Of a DNA stretch of 64,000 nucleotides, positions 1 through 12,481 are shown piece after piece. The notes under the pieces were generated by a model, which did no database searches, was not told where the DNA came from, and saw only the letters and a list, made by a program, of their open reading frames with translations. The translations under genes and the position numbers were made by a program. Location of the stretch: assembly GCA_902388345.1 (NCBI GenBank), contig CABMOY010000001.1, positions 9,357 to 73,356 on the forward strand, read 5' to 3'. Source of the DNA: an uncultured Collinsella sp. Lineage in GTDB: Bacteria; Actinomycetota; Coriobacteriia; Coriobacteriales; Coriobacteriaceae. Positions within the stretch are counted from its first letter, which is position 1; every line of letters starts with the position of its first letter.

Positions 1-439
1 ATGTGACACACCGGGGGTGCCGCACTTGGACTTGCACCTTTGCACCACGAAGACGGATGTCGCACAAATGTCGGCACCTTGGACGACCGAGTGGTATCAC
101 GGTGCCGCAAACGGTCGATTTTTGGCGGCGAACGGTGCATATTTTGGAGGGGCACCGTCCTGCCCGGGATATGTAGTCAACCTTGATAAAACGTTTGCCC
201 AGCTTGGGAGTATGGATGCCGCACAAGGGTCTTCAGGGATAGAAAAAACGTTTCATCATTGGCGGCTTTAGGTGAATAACTGACCAACCAGAACGGTAAA
301 ATAGTGTTTGTCTGAGCGTTGAGACGTTTAGACATCGCGCATTGTCATCGCCGGCAACGCGCAAAATGGTCCTAACGGAGCCAATCGGGTGCTCCGTTAT
401 ATACGCAAGTCTAAGAGGGGCTTGTTTAGGAGGCACAGT

Positions 440-1663
440 ATGGGACGTTTTACCAATCCTCGCGATCTGTACTTTGGTGAGGGCGCTCGCCACGAGGTGA
501 AGAACCTCAAGGGTAAGAAGGCCATCATCGTTTCTGGCGGCAGCTCTATGCGCCGCGGCGGGTTCCTGCAGGACGTCGAGGCCGACCTCAAAGAGGGCGG
601 CTTCGAGGTCAAGCTGTTCGAGGGCGTCGAGTCCGACCCGTCCATCGAGACGGTCATGAAGGGCGCCGAGGCCATGCGCGAGTTCGAGCCCGACTGGATT
701 ATCGCCATCGGCGGCGGCTCGCCCATCGATGCCGCTAAGGCCATGTGGGTCTTCTACGAGTATCCCGAGGAGTCCTTCGACAACATCATCCAGCCGTTCA
801 GCTTCCCCGAGCTGCGTCAGAAGGCTCATTTCTGCGCCATCTCCTCTACCTCCGGTACCGCTACCGAGGTCACCGCGTTCTCCGTCATTACCGACTACGC
901 CAAGGGCATCAAGTACCCGCTGGCCGACTTCAACATCACCCCTGATGTCGCCATCGTTGACCCCGAGCTCACCTACACCATGCCCGCCAAGCTGTGCGCT
1001 CACACCGGCATGGATGCTCTGACCCACTGCATGGAGGCCTACGTTTCCACCTTCGCCTCTATGTTCACCGACGCCAACGCTCTGCACGGCATCCGCGAGA
1101 TCGTCGAGTGGCTGCCCAAGTCCTATGCTGGCGACCATGAGGCTCGTCAGCACATGCACGAGGCTCAGTGCATCGCCGGTATCGCCTTCTCCTCGGGCCT
1201 GCTCGGCATCGTTCACTCCATGGCTCACAAGACCGGTGCTGCCTTCGAGAACGGCCACATCATTCACGGCGCCGCTAACGCCATGTACCTTGGCAAGGTC
1301 ATCCAGTGGAACTCTAAGGATTCCCGTGCTGCCGAGCGTTACGCTTACGTGGCCAAGGAGATCCTGCACCTTCCCGGCGAGACCAACGAGGAGCTCATCG
1401 CTGCGCTCGTCCAGAAGATCCGCGACCTCAACGACCAGCTCAACATTCCGCAGTCCATCAAGGATTACGCGAATGGTGGCGTGAAGGTCGACGCCGAGAA
1501 CCCGCAGATGGTTTCCGAGGAGGAGTTCCTCGCCAAGCTGCCCGAGATCGCCGCGAACGCCGAGCAGGACGCCTGCACGCCCGAGAACCCGCGTGAGACC
1601 AAGGCTGCTGACTTCGAGAAGATCCTCAAGGCCTGCTACTACGACACCGACATCGATTTCTAA
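440..1663 (+). CDS. Iron-containing (group III) alcohol dehydrogenase, 1,3-propanediol/lactaldehyde reductase-like
   Basis: GGGSPIDAAKA and histidine-rich Fe-ADH motifs in the translation. AGGAGG RBS at 428-433 ahead of the ATG at 440. The upstream part of ORF 389..1663 is probably not translated. Confidence 0.85.
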   Translation: MGRFTNPRDLYFGEGARHEVKNLKGKKAIIVSGGSSMRRGGFLQDVEADLKEGGFEVKLFEGVESDPSIETVMKGAEAMREFEPDWIIAIGGGSPIDAAKAMWVFYEYPEESFDNIIQPFSFPELRQKAHFCAISSTSGTATEVTAFSVITDYAKGIKYPLADFNITPDVAIVDPELTYTMPAKLCAHTGMDALTHCMEAYVSTFASMFTDANALHGIREIVEWLPKSYAGDHEARQHMHEAQCIAGIAFSSGLLGIVHSMAHKTGAAFENGHIIHGAANAMYLGKVIQWNSKDSRAAERYAYVAKEILHLPGETNEELIAALVQKIRDLNDQLNIPQSIKDYANGGVKVDAENPQMVSEEEFLAKLPEIAANAEQDACTPENPRETKAADFEKILKACYYDTDIDF

Positions 1664-1685
1664 TCGACTCTTGTTATCGTAACGA

Positions 1686-1725
1686 GGGGCTCCGCACGTA
1701 TCTGTACGGAGCCCCTTTCTTTTTT
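1686..1725 (+). terminator. Rho-independent terminator after the Fe-ADH gene
   Basis: GC-rich hairpin ggggctccg...cggagcccc followed by a T-run (tttcttttttt). Confidence 0.6.
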
Positions 1726-1741
1726 AGAGAATGGGATAGTT

Positions 1742-2842
1742 ATGGCTGCAATTTTCAATAGCCCCAGCAAGTACATCCAGGGCCCGGACGAGCTCGCCAA
1801 GCTCGGCTCCTATGTCGAGCCGCTCGGCGCTAAGGCCCTCGTTATCGTGACGCCTTCGGGCAAGAAGCGCGTCGGCGCCAAGATCGAGGGCGGCTTTGCC
1901 GAGGCTAAGGCCGAGCTGCTGTTTGAGGACTTTAACGGCGAGTGCTCCAAGGGCGAGGTCGATCGCCTGGTTGCGCTCGCTCGCGACAACGGTTGCGACA
2001 TCATCGTCGGCGTCGGTGGCGGCAAGATCCTCGACACCGCGAAGGCCGTCGCCTATTACCTGGAGTCCCCGGTTATCATTTGCCCCACCATTGCTTCGAC
2101 CGATGCCCCGTGTTCGGCGCTTTCGGTGCTCTATACCGATGACGGCCAGTTCGACAAGTACCTCTTCCTTAAGGCAAACCCCAATATCGTCCTTATGGAT
2201 ACGACGGTTATCGCGGCGAGCCCGGTGCGCCTGACGGTTTCCGGTATGGGCGATGCGCTCGCAACCTACTTTGAGGCCCAGGCGACGCACGATGCCGACG
2301 GCGGCACCTGCGCCGGCGGTAAGGGCGGAATGGCCGGCCTGGCGCTCGCCAAGCTCTGCTATGAGACGCTCATGGCCGATGGCGTCAAGGCCAAGGTTGC
2401 GCTGGAGAAGGGTGCGCTCACGCCTGCCGTCGAGCACATCATCGAGGCCAATACGCTGCTCTCTGGCATTGGCTTTGAGAGCTCGGGCCTTGCTGCTGCT
2501 CATGCCATCCACAATGGTCTGACGATGCTGCCCGAGTGCCACAGCATGTATCACGGCGAGAAGGTCGCCTTCGGCACCATCGTCCAGCTGGTACTCGAGG
2601 ATGCCCCGACCGAGAAGCTCGAGGAAGTCTTGGGCTTCTGCATTGAGCTGGGCCTGCCAGTCACGATGAAGGAACTTGGCGTTGCCGAGGTTACGCGCGA
2701 GAAGGCCATGATTGTTGCCGAGGCCGCGTGCGCGCCCGAGGACACCATGTGCAACATGCCGTTTGAGGTGACGCCCGAGATGGTCGCAAACGCCATCCTG
2801 GGTGCCGACGCACTGGGCCACTACTATCTCATGGATGAGTAA
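1742..2842 (+). CDS. gldA: Glycerol dehydrogenase
   Basis: GVGGGKILDTAKAVA NAD-binding motif and GldA-like overall architecture (366 aa). Confidence 0.85.
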   Translation: MAAIFNSPSKYIQGPDELAKLGSYVEPLGAKALVIVTPSGKKRVGAKIEGGFAEAKAELLFEDFNGECSKGEVDRLVALARDNGCDIIVGVGGGKILDTAKAVAYYLESPVIICPTIASTDAPCSALSVLYTDDGQFDKYLFLKANPNIVLMDTTVIAASPVRLTVSGMGDALATYFEAQATHDADGGTCAGGKGGMAGLALAKLCYETLMADGVKAKVALEKGALTPAVEHIIEANTLLSGIGFESSGLAAAHAIHNGLTMLPECHSMYHGEKVAFGTIVQLVLEDAPTEKLEEVLGFCIELGLPVTMKELGVAEVTREKAMIVAEAACAPEDTMCNMPFEVTPEMVANAILGADALGHYYLMDE

Positions 2843-2955
2843 ATCAAGCTAAGGAAGGGGCAAAGCCAGCAGATGGCTTTGCCCCTTTTTGCTATGGTGC
2901 AAAGGGGCAAGGTTACTTTGCACCAATTGTTGTTGATGAAAGGGCGGATTCTCGT

Positions 2956-4023
2956 ATGGCGCTTCCCATGGTTTATGGCGGTCCCGGACGATATGTTCAG
3001 GGGCCGGGTGAGCTTTCGCGTCAGGGCAGGTATTTGTCATGGTTGGGCTGCGCTGCCTATGTCTTGTTTGACCGGGGCACCGAGGATCGGCTGTGCAGGC
3101 AGATCGTCGATGGATTTCTGGATGAAGATCTAAGCGAGCCGTTCTTTAAGATTTACAACGGTCCGTGTACGGAAGATGCCGTTGTCGAAATGGCCAAGGA
3201 AGCCCGGGCCGAGTATTGCGACATGGTGGAGGGCATTGGCGGCGGCAAGATGCTCGATATCGCCAAGGCCGTTGCGTTTTATGCTGAGCTGCCGTTGTGC
3301 GTATGCCCCACGGCGGCATCGATGGATGGTCCGTGTAGCGCGATTTCGGTGCTGTATCACGAGGATGGGTCGTTCGACCGCTACCTGATGCTCGAGAAGA
3401 ATCCAGACCTGGTCGTGGTCGATACCAGCGTGGTCGCGGCGGCCCCACTGCGTATGACGGTCGCTGGTATGGGCGATGCGCTGGCAACGTACTTCGAGGC
3501 GCGTTCGTGCGCCGCGGCGCATGGCGCCAACGAGCACGGTGGCACGCCGGGACACTTGGCCCTGGTCGCGGCACGTGCCTGCTACGACACGCTCATGGAG
3601 TGTGGCGTCGCTGCCAAGCGCGATCTCAAAAAGGGCCGTACATCGCCAGCGGTTGAGCGTCTGATCGAGTGCAATATTTTGCTCTCGGGTGTCGGCTTTG
3701 AGAGTGGCGGCCTAGCGCTCGCCCATGCCATTGCCAACGGCCTGACGATTTTGCCCGAGTGCAAGGCTATGCACGGCGAGGCCGTGGCATTTGGCCTGGT
3801 GGTGCAGCTTCGTTTGGAGCGTGCGTCCGAGCTTGATCAGGTGCTCGAGTTTTGTCAGCGCGTCGGTCTGCCGACGACGCTCGCGGAGCTGGGCCTTGGC
3901 GGGATTTCCGATGCCGATCTGCAGGGTGTTGCAAATGCGGTCTTTAGAAACGAGCGCAATATGGCTAACGAACAGGCCAAGGTGACCAAACAAAAACTCG
4001 TGCAGCTCATGTGCGAGGCATAG
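2956..4023 (+). CDS. Glycerol dehydrogenase paralog (GldA family)
   Basis: GIGGGKMLDIAKAVAF motif. Colinear similarity to the preceding gene. Confidence 0.8.
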   Translation: MALPMVYGGPGRYVQGPGELSRQGRYLSWLGCAAYVLFDRGTEDRLCRQIVDGFLDEDLSEPFFKIYNGPCTEDAVVEMAKEARAEYCDMVEGIGGGKMLDIAKAVAFYAELPLCVCPTAASMDGPCSAISVLYHEDGSFDRYLMLEKNPDLVVVDTSVVAAAPLRMTVAGMGDALATYFEARSCAAAHGANEHGGTPGHLALVAARACYDTLMECGVAAKRDLKKGRTSPAVERLIECNILLSGVGFESGGLALAHAIANGLTILPECKAMHGEAVAFGLVVQLRLERASELDQVLEFCQRVGLPTTLAELGLGGISDADLQGVANAVFRNERNMANEQAKVTKQKLVQLMCEA

Positions 4024-4175
4024 TTTGGCGCTTGATTGATCTTGTGCAATCGAGACGGCGATAGGCCATGGGCTATTTGCCGCAAAGGTGCTCCGCGTGT
4101 AATTTGCCCGAGGCGTGGGCCGATAGCGTATCATTATCTCTTGCTTGTTTGCACTGCTCAGGGAGGGGCCGCGCA

Positions 4176-5428
4176 TGGCGCAGGAACACGATCTGTTTGA
4201 TGACATTATCGAGATCAGCAAGGGTTTCGACTTTCTTAAAAACCCGCTTGGCGGTGTGACCGATGCACTCGATCCGTCGGCACCGCAGTGGAATCCTGCC
4301 GACTACAAGGAGCGTCCGCGCGGCAACACCATTCCGTGCCTGACCTGCAAAAACGAAAAGAGCGGCTGCACCGCGTGCATGGACGTGTGCCCGGTCAACG
4401 CTATCGAGGTCGAGGAAGACGCCATCGAGATCCTCGACTCCTGTCGCAAGTGCGGCCTGTGCGCCGCTGCCTGTCCGACCGAGGCGATCATCTCTCCGCG
4501 CCTTGCACCCAAAAACGTCTACGACGACATTGTCTCGGCGGCTACGAGCCATGAGACCGCCTACGTTACCTGCACGCGTGCCCTTAAGCGCATGCCGCGC
4601 GAGAACGAGGTCGTCGTCGCCTGCGTGGGCGATATTACGGCAGAGACTTGGTTTTCGGTGCTGGCCGACTATCCCAACGTGAGTGTGTACCTGCCGCTGG
4701 GTGTGTGCGATAAATGCCGCAACACCGGCGGTGAGGATATTCTGGGCGAGGCGATTGCGAAGGCCGAGGAGTGGTCCGGCACGGGTATGGGCCTGGAGGT
4801 CGACCCCAAGAGCCTCAAGTGCCATAAGCGCCGCGAGTACGAGCGCAAGGAGTACATGGAAAAGATCGCCCGCACCACGGGCCTGACGGTGACCAAGCTC
4901 AATCCGGCGACGGCGGCGCTGGCCTCGGTGACGCAAAAGCTCAAGGCCCATCGCCATCAGATTACCCAGCTGGAGCGCACGCTCAACACCATGTGCGGCA
5001 CCACGACGACCAAGCGTCGCCGTTCGCTCACGCACGGGCGCCAACTGGTGCTCTCGACGTTGCAAAACCACCCCGAGCTTGCCCAGAACATGCAGGTGAG
5101 CACGCCGGAGTGCGATTTTGACAAGTGTACGTCGTGCGGCGAGTGCGTCAACGTGTGCCCCACGTTTGCCTGCGATCTGGTGGGAAGCGGCCGCTTTGCG
5201 TTGGAGTCCACGTATTGTTTAGGCTGCGGCGCCTGTGTCAAGGTTTGTCCCGAGCATGCGCTCAAGCTTGTTGATCACGACGCGTCCAATCTGGTCGTCG
5301 TCGATCCCGAAGCCGAGGAAAAGGCCGCCCAGAAGGCGAAGGCTCACGAAGAAGCTGAGAAGGTCAAGGCCGAAGCAAAGGCCAAGCTCGACAAGATGCT
5401 CGATCAGGTGGAGAAGCTCGCGGACTAG
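4176..5428 (+). CDS. 4Fe-4S ferredoxin-domain protein (four CxxCxxCxxxCP clusters) with a Lys/Ala/Glu-rich C-terminal tail
   Basis: Four CxxCxxCxxxCP-type motifs, for example CRKCGLCAAACP and CLGCGACVKVCP. GGGAGGGG RBS before the ATG at 4176. Coiled-coil-like KAEAKAK tail. Confidence 0.75.
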
Positions 5429-5559
5429 CTAAAAGAGCGTAAATGATGGCCGGTGGGACAGGTACTGCCCCGCCGGCCAAAAAAGTTGCGGTGGAATAGT
5501 TCCTGTTTTGCCCTTAAGCTGGCAATTCTAGGAACTATCCCACCGCAACTAATAGATGG

Positions 5560-6315
5560 TTAGTTCATGCTGCTTTGGTGGCCGGTTCGACCGGTACCGT
5601 TGCGCGTCACGGTTTCATGGAGCAAAAAGAACCCGGGGACCTGTTTGGTCTCGGTGTATTCCATAAGGATGCCGTCGGCGTTGTAGGTCTGCCCGCGTAT
5701 AACGGCGAGTGCGTTAAAGTCGTCGAGATCGAGCACGCGCGTATCCTCGGGCGTAGGATGCTCGATCGTTACATCGCGTTTGCCCGTGGCAATCTTAATG
5801 CCAAGGTCTTCTTCGAGGTAACGATAGATCGAGTCGTTGACAATCTCGGGTGTCAGCCCCGGTACTTGTGAACTTAGGTAATAGGAGTCGTCGGAGCACA
5901 CGGCTTGTCCGTCTGCATAACGGATGCGTTTGGCGCGTGTGAGCTCACAGCCTTCGGGAAACCCGGTAATCTTGGAGAGCGCCTTGCTGCAGATGAGGAG
6001 CTCAAAGACGGTGGTGACAGTCTTGAGCTCAAAGCCTCGGTTGACCGCGATTTCCTTAAAGGTCTCGAGTCCGCCGCCGCCACGACTCGTCTCGTCACTG
6101 ATGTTGCGAATGACGCGCATGCCTTTGCCTTGCTGGGGGAGCACGTAACCATCTGCCGCAAGCATCGAGATGGCGCGACGGACCGTCATGCGCGAACAGT
6201 CAAACAGCTGCGTGAGCTCAGTCTCCGAAGGCAGATAACTCTGATAGGCGTATGTGCCGTCGTCAATCGACTGCTTCACGTTGTCATAAATAGTTTGGAA
6301 GATGGCTCGCGCCAT
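5560..6315 (-). CDS. GntR/HutC-family transcriptional regulator (HTH plus UTRA effector domain)
   Basis: N-terminal GntR HTH (ETELTQLFDCSRMTVRRAISMLAADGYV) and a UTRA-like C-terminal domain. Confidence 0.8.
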   Translation of the reverse strand: MARAIFQTIYDNVKQSIDDGTYAYQSYLPSETELTQLFDCSRMTVRRAISMLAADGYVLPQQGKGMRVIRNISDETSRGGGGLETFKEIAVNRGFELKTVTTVFELLICSKALSKITGFPEGCELTRAKRIRYADGQAVCSDDSYYLSSQVPGLTPEIVNDSIYRYLEEDLGIKIATGKRDVTIEHPTPEDTRVLDLDDFNALAVIRGQTYNADGILMEYTETKQVPGFFLLHETVTRNGTGRTGHQSSMN

Positions 6316-6380
6316 GACGGTCTCCTAGAGCTGGGCGCGTGAACGACGGATGAGGGCCGCCCGCGCAGGTGTCAATCGAT

Positions 6381-7406
6381 TTACTTGCTGGGGTCGATTA
6401 TATATTTGCCCATGGCACGCAGGGCCGGGTCTGACAGGATAGCGCCGAGTTCGTCGAGGGAGGCTACCTTTGCGACCATCGAGGATACGTCGAGCCTGCC
6501 TGAGTCGATGAGTTCGAGCGCGCGACGCTGTGTGTAAGGGTTGATGTAGGACGAGGTGAGCACAAGCTCCTTCTGGAAGACCTCGAAGGGCTTGACGGTG
6601 ATCGTCTCATCGGGCTTGGTAAGTCCGAACATCATAACCGTGGCCTTGTGGCCGGCGATCTGGATGGCCTGCTCGATGGTGACGGGCTTGCCAACACACT
6701 CGATAACGACATCGACGTTGCCGACGCCCTCCTGCTTCAGGCGGGCCGGGACGTCCTCGTGGATGGAATCAATTGCCAGGTCGGCGCCGAGTTTGAGCGC
6801 AACCTCGCGCTTGCCTTCGACAGGCTCGAGCAAGACAACCTTGGTGGCGCCGGCGTTTTTAGCAAGCTGCATCATGAGCAGACCGATCATGCCACCGCCG
6901 ATAACGACAACTGTGCTGCCGGGCTTGATGTTGCACATATCGATGCCGTGCAGGCAGCAGGCGACGGGCTCGGTCATGGCGCCCTGCTCGAAGCTGGTGT
7001 GATCGCCCAACTTGTAGACTTGCTGCATATCGACGGAGCAGTACTCGGCAAAGCCGCCGTTAACGGTGGTGCCGTAACCGGTCATATGCTCGCAGTAGTG
7101 GTTGATTCCGTCGCGGCAGGGTTCGCAGCAGCCGCAGGGATGGTTTGGGTCGATGCACACGCGATCGCCCGGTTTAAAGCCAGCGACGTCGCTGCCCACG
7201 GCCTCGACAACGCCCGCAAACTCATGACCAAGAATCGTGGGCGGGGTAACGTCGGCTGCACCCTTGTCGCCTTCATAGATATGAACGTCGGTACCGCAGA
7301 CGCCGCAAGCTTTGACGTTGATCAGAACGTCGCGCCTGCCCACGGCCGGCTTTGCCGATTCCTCGACTCTGAGGTCGTGCTTTCCATAGAAGACCGCGCT
7401 TTTCAT
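6381..7406 (-). CDS. Zinc-dependent medium-chain alcohol/polyol dehydrogenase (sorbitol or threonine dehydrogenase-like)
   Basis: GVCGTDVHIYEG catalytic-Zn motif, a structural-Zn Cys cluster (CGCCEPC) and a GGGMIGL Rossmann motif. Confidence 0.85.
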   Translation of the reverse strand: MKSAVFYGKHDLRVEESAKPAVGRRDVLINVKACGVCGTDVHIYEGDKGAADVTPPTILGHEFAGVVEAVGSDVAGFKPGDRVCIDPNHPCGCCEPCRDGINHYCEHMTGYGTTVNGGFAEYCSVDMQQVYKLGDHTSFEQGAMTEPVACCLHGIDMCNIKPGSTVVVIGGGMIGLLMMQLAKNAGATKVVLLEPVEGKREVALKLGADLAIDSIHEDVPARLKQEGVGNVDVVIECVGKPVTIEQAIQIAGHKATVMMFGLTKPDETITVKPFEVFQKELVLTSSYINPYTQRRALELIDSGRLDVSSMVAKVASLDELGAILSDPALRAMGKYIIDPSK

Positions 7407-7419
7407 GGTGACTCCTTAA

Positions 7420-7712
7420 CGTAGCGGTGAATGTTGTAATGAAGTATAGGTATGTCTATAGATATAGACAAGCACATCTAGACAAGTAGAAAAGAAATTT
7501 ATAATGCAGCCATCAGCTATGTCAGATTTAACAGGCGAAATACTGGACATATACCGTTTACGGCAAATAATCAACCGTTTACCGACCATAGTATTTATAC
7601 TAACTTGTCTAGATAAGTGATATGATAAAAATGGAAGCGCAAGAAGTCAGGGAAGCGGGCCCACCCGTCCTATTGCACGAGGTACACGCAAACGGCGCGT
7701 CTGCGGTCTCGA
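7420..7712 (+). promoter_or_regulatory. AT-rich promoter/operator region upstream of the alpha-glucoside PTS operon, with paired TCTAGACA-core palindromes
   Basis: This is the only AT-rich stretch in the neighbourhood. An 11-bp inverted pair (TCTAGACAAGT at 7477-7487 and ACTTGTCTAGA at 7603-7613) plus the GTCTATAGATATAGAC palindrome at 7454-7469. Confidence 0.35.
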
Positions 7713-7763
7713 GTGAAGCCAAAACCGCAGCCGCTCCGAATGAAGAGAGGGGGATTCCCCGTC

Positions 7764-9374
7764 ATGATGCAAAAGATACAACGTTTCGGCGGTGCAATGT
7801 ACACGCCTGCAATTCTTTTCGCATTTTCCGGAATCGTCGTCGGCCTGGGTACGTTGTTTACCACCGAGGCGATCTTTGGCGAGATGGCCACAGCGGGTCA
7901 TCTTTGGTTTGATTGCTGGAATGTGCTGCTCCAGGGTGGTTGGACGCTCTTTAACCAGATGCCGTTGCTGTTTTGCGTAGCGTTGCCAATCTCGCTCGCG
8001 AACAAGCAGAACGCTCGCTGCTGCATGGAGGCTTTGGCCATCTACCTTACCTTCAACTACTTTGTAAGCACAATCTTGGGGCAGTGGGGCCCTGTCTTTG
8101 GAGTCGACTACTCTGTCGAGGCGGGCAGCGGTACTGGTCTTGCCACTATCGCAAGCATCAAAACGCTTGATATGGGCATCATGGGCGCGCTTATCATTTC
8201 AGGTATCGCCACGATGCTTCACAACAAGTACTTCGACACCGAACTTCCTGAGTGGCTGGGCGTGTTCTCGGGCTCCGTGTTCATCTATATGATCGGTTTC
8301 TTCGTTATGGTTCCGGTCGCTATTATCGCCTGCCTGGTATGGCCGCATGTTCAGGCTGCTATCGCCGCCTTCCAGGGATTCATCCTTTCCGCCGGTACGT
8401 TTGGCGTGGGCGTCTTTGCTTTCTTCGAGCGCGTGCTGATTCCTACAGGCCTGCATCACTTTATCTATACGCCGTTCTATTACGACAACGCGGCGGTCAA
8501 CGGCGGCATCTTTGCCGCTTGGGCCAACATCCTGCCCCAACTGGCTGCCGATCCGAGCATTGCTCTTAAGGATGCCGCACCCTGGGCCGCCTATACCTGC
8601 CCTGGTTGGACTAAAGTCTTCGGCTCGCTTGGCGTCGCCATTGCGTTTTACATGACCGCCAAACCCGAGCGCAAGCAGCGCGTCAAGGCTCTGCTCATTC
8701 CCGTCACCCTTACCGCTATGCTTTGCGGTATTACCGAGCCGCTTGACTTCACCTTCCTGTTCATTGCGCCCGGCCTGTTCGTCGTCCACTGCGTGCTCGG
8801 AGCGCTCGGCTGCATGGCTCAAAACCTCCTTGGCGTCGTGGGCATCTTCGACGGCGGCATCATCTCGATGCTCTCGTGGGACTGGCTGCCCCTTTGGGCC
8901 GCACACGGTCTGCAGTACGCCATCTCCATCCTTGTCGGTCTGTGCTTTACCGCTCTTTGGGTCGTGGTCTTCCGTTTCCTGATCGTCAAGTTCGACTTTA
9001 AGACCCCCGGTCGCGAGGATGACGATGTTGAGGTCGAGCTCAAGTCCAAGGCCGACTACAAGCAAAAGCAGGGCGGTGCTGCTGCTGGCAAATCGGTCGC
9101 CCAGAGTAAAGATGATGAGCGCTTGGTGCTTGCCGAGAACATCCTCGATCTGCTCGGTGGCACGGATAACATCATCGATGTAACTAACTGCGCTACCCGT
9201 CTGCGCGTTAACGTCAAGGACAAGAGCGTCGTTGCACCCGAGGCTTCCTTCAAGGCGATCGGTACGCATGGCTTGGTGGTCCAAGGTCAGTCAATCCAGG
9301 TCATCATTGGCCTTACCGTCCCGCAGGTTCGCGAGAAGTTCGAGAGTCTTCTGAAGTTCGAGACTCTTCTGTAA
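7764..9374 (+). CDS. PTS transporter subunit EIICB, glucose/alpha-glucoside family
   Basis: Multi-TM EIIC domain. C-terminal EIIB domain with the phosphorylatable Cys (NCATRLRVNVKD). RBS before the ATG at 7764. Confidence 0.85.
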   Translation: MMQKIQRFGGAMYTPAILFAFSGIVVGLGTLFTTEAIFGEMATAGHLWFDCWNVLLQGGWTLFNQMPLLFCVALPISLANKQNARCCMEALAIYLTFNYFVSTILGQWGPVFGVDYSVEAGSGTGLATIASIKTLDMGIMGALIISGIATMLHNKYFDTELPEWLGVFSGSVFIYMIGFFVMVPVAIIACLVWPHVQAAIAAFQGFILSAGTFGVGVFAFFERVLIPTGLHHFIYTPFYYDNAAVNGGIFAAWANILPQLAADPSIALKDAAPWAAYTCPGWTKVFGSLGVAIAFYMTAKPERKQRVKALLIPVTLTAMLCGITEPLDFTFLFIAPGLFVVHCVLGALGCMAQNLLGVVGIFDGGIISMLSWDWLPLWAAHGLQYAISILVGLCFTALWVVVFRFLIVKFDFKTPGREDDDVEVELKSKADYKQKQGGAAAGKSVAQSKDDERLVLAENILDLLGGTDNIIDVTNCATRLRVNVKDKSVVAPEASFKAIGTHGLVVQGQSIQVIIGLTVPQVREKFESLLKFETLL

Positions 9375-9380
9375 ACCATC

Positions 9381-9440
9381 GTCCATCGAAAAAATCGGCC
9401 TTGTAGAGCCGGTATGCACCGCAAGGCCGATTCTAGAGAT
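9381..9440. terminator. Hairpin after the PTS EIICB gene, possibly a bidirectional terminator
   Basis: aatcggccttg...caaggccgatt stem flanked by A-run and T-run. A weak terminator call. Confidence 0.3.
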
Positions 9441-9502
9441 AAAAAACTCCACTTCTAGGTAACAATTCCAAACCGTACAGGCCGCGTGCGGGGATGGATT
9501 GA

Positions 9503-10873
<1,371 letters not shown>

Positions 10874-10999
10874 GGACTGCTGTCTCGAACCCTCACGCAT
10901 CTCTGCTTCATTTGCGCCGTCGTGGTGTCCGGATTCGCCCGGATGCTGCGGCGGCGCTATACTTATGCAGTTTGAAGTACCTGTACCAAAAGGAGCTGT

Positions 11000-12077
<1,078 letters not shown>

Positions 12078-12088
12078 GGACGACGTGC

Positions 12089-12472
12089 ATGTTTAAATAT
12101 GGTAAAAAAGCCGGCTACATGGGCATCGCACTGCTGGTGCTTGCGGTGCTTCCGCTGGTGGTCGCAGCGTTTGTGATTCCCAACATTGGGTCCGAGGTGG
12201 CAACAAAGTTTAATGCCGCCGGCGAGGTGACGCGCTGGGGTAAGAGTTACGAGCTGTTGGCTCTGCCGGTGCTCAACCTGCTGCTGAGCGTGGCGACGTA
12301 TTTTACTGCCGGTCGTCAAGCAAAGAACAACGAGGACTCCGCTGTAATGGCACGTCTTACGTGTGAGCGCTACCTGCGAAACGGCTGCATCACGGGTGTG
12401 TTCCTCAACGTAATCAACGTTTACTTTATGTACTCGGCGATTACCGGAACGGGCTTTGGCTTTGGTTTCTAG
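12089..12472 (+). CDS. Small membrane protein, DUF1648/SdpI-YhfL-like N-terminal architecture
   Basis: TM helix followed by the VIPNIGSEVATKFNAAGEVTRWGKS motif typical of DUF1648. Second hydrophobic segment. Lies 12 bp after ychF. Confidence 0.5.
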   Translation: MFKYGKKAGYMGIALLVLAVLPLVVAAFVIPNIGSEVATKFNAAGEVTRWGKSYELLALPVLNLLLSVATYFTAGRQAKNNEDSAVMARLTCERYLRNGCITGVFLNVINVYFMYSAITGTGFGFGF

Positions 12473-12481
12473 CTTGTCCTT

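Noticed and set aside
17-271. 84-aa ORF at the very start of the window
   Set aside because: No motif, no RBS, odd composition. It is more likely intergenic or leader sequence upstream of the Fe-ADH gene. A short hairpin at 374-398 may be regulatory.
233-1369. Long antisense ORFs opposite confirmed genes. These are 233..1369(-), 1724..2821(-), 6648..7424(+), 8199..9284(-), 9455..11092(-), 10908..12059(-), 14213..15592(-), 19232..20929(-), 21825..23384(-), 23251..24282(-), 39393..41672(+), 42825..43817(+), 45530..46891(+), and the 5' extension of 49693..52164(-).
   Set aside because: These are typical shadow ORFs of high-GC DNA. Their translations are low-complexity, rich in Ala, Arg, Gly, Asp and Leu, with no motifs. 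Each lies entirely within a well-supported gene on the other strand.
12089-12472. The small membrane protein after ychF considered as a toxin or immunity gene
   Set aside because: The motif pattern fits a DUF1648/SdpI-YhfL-like N-terminal domain, common in housekeeping contexts. No partner gene is present.
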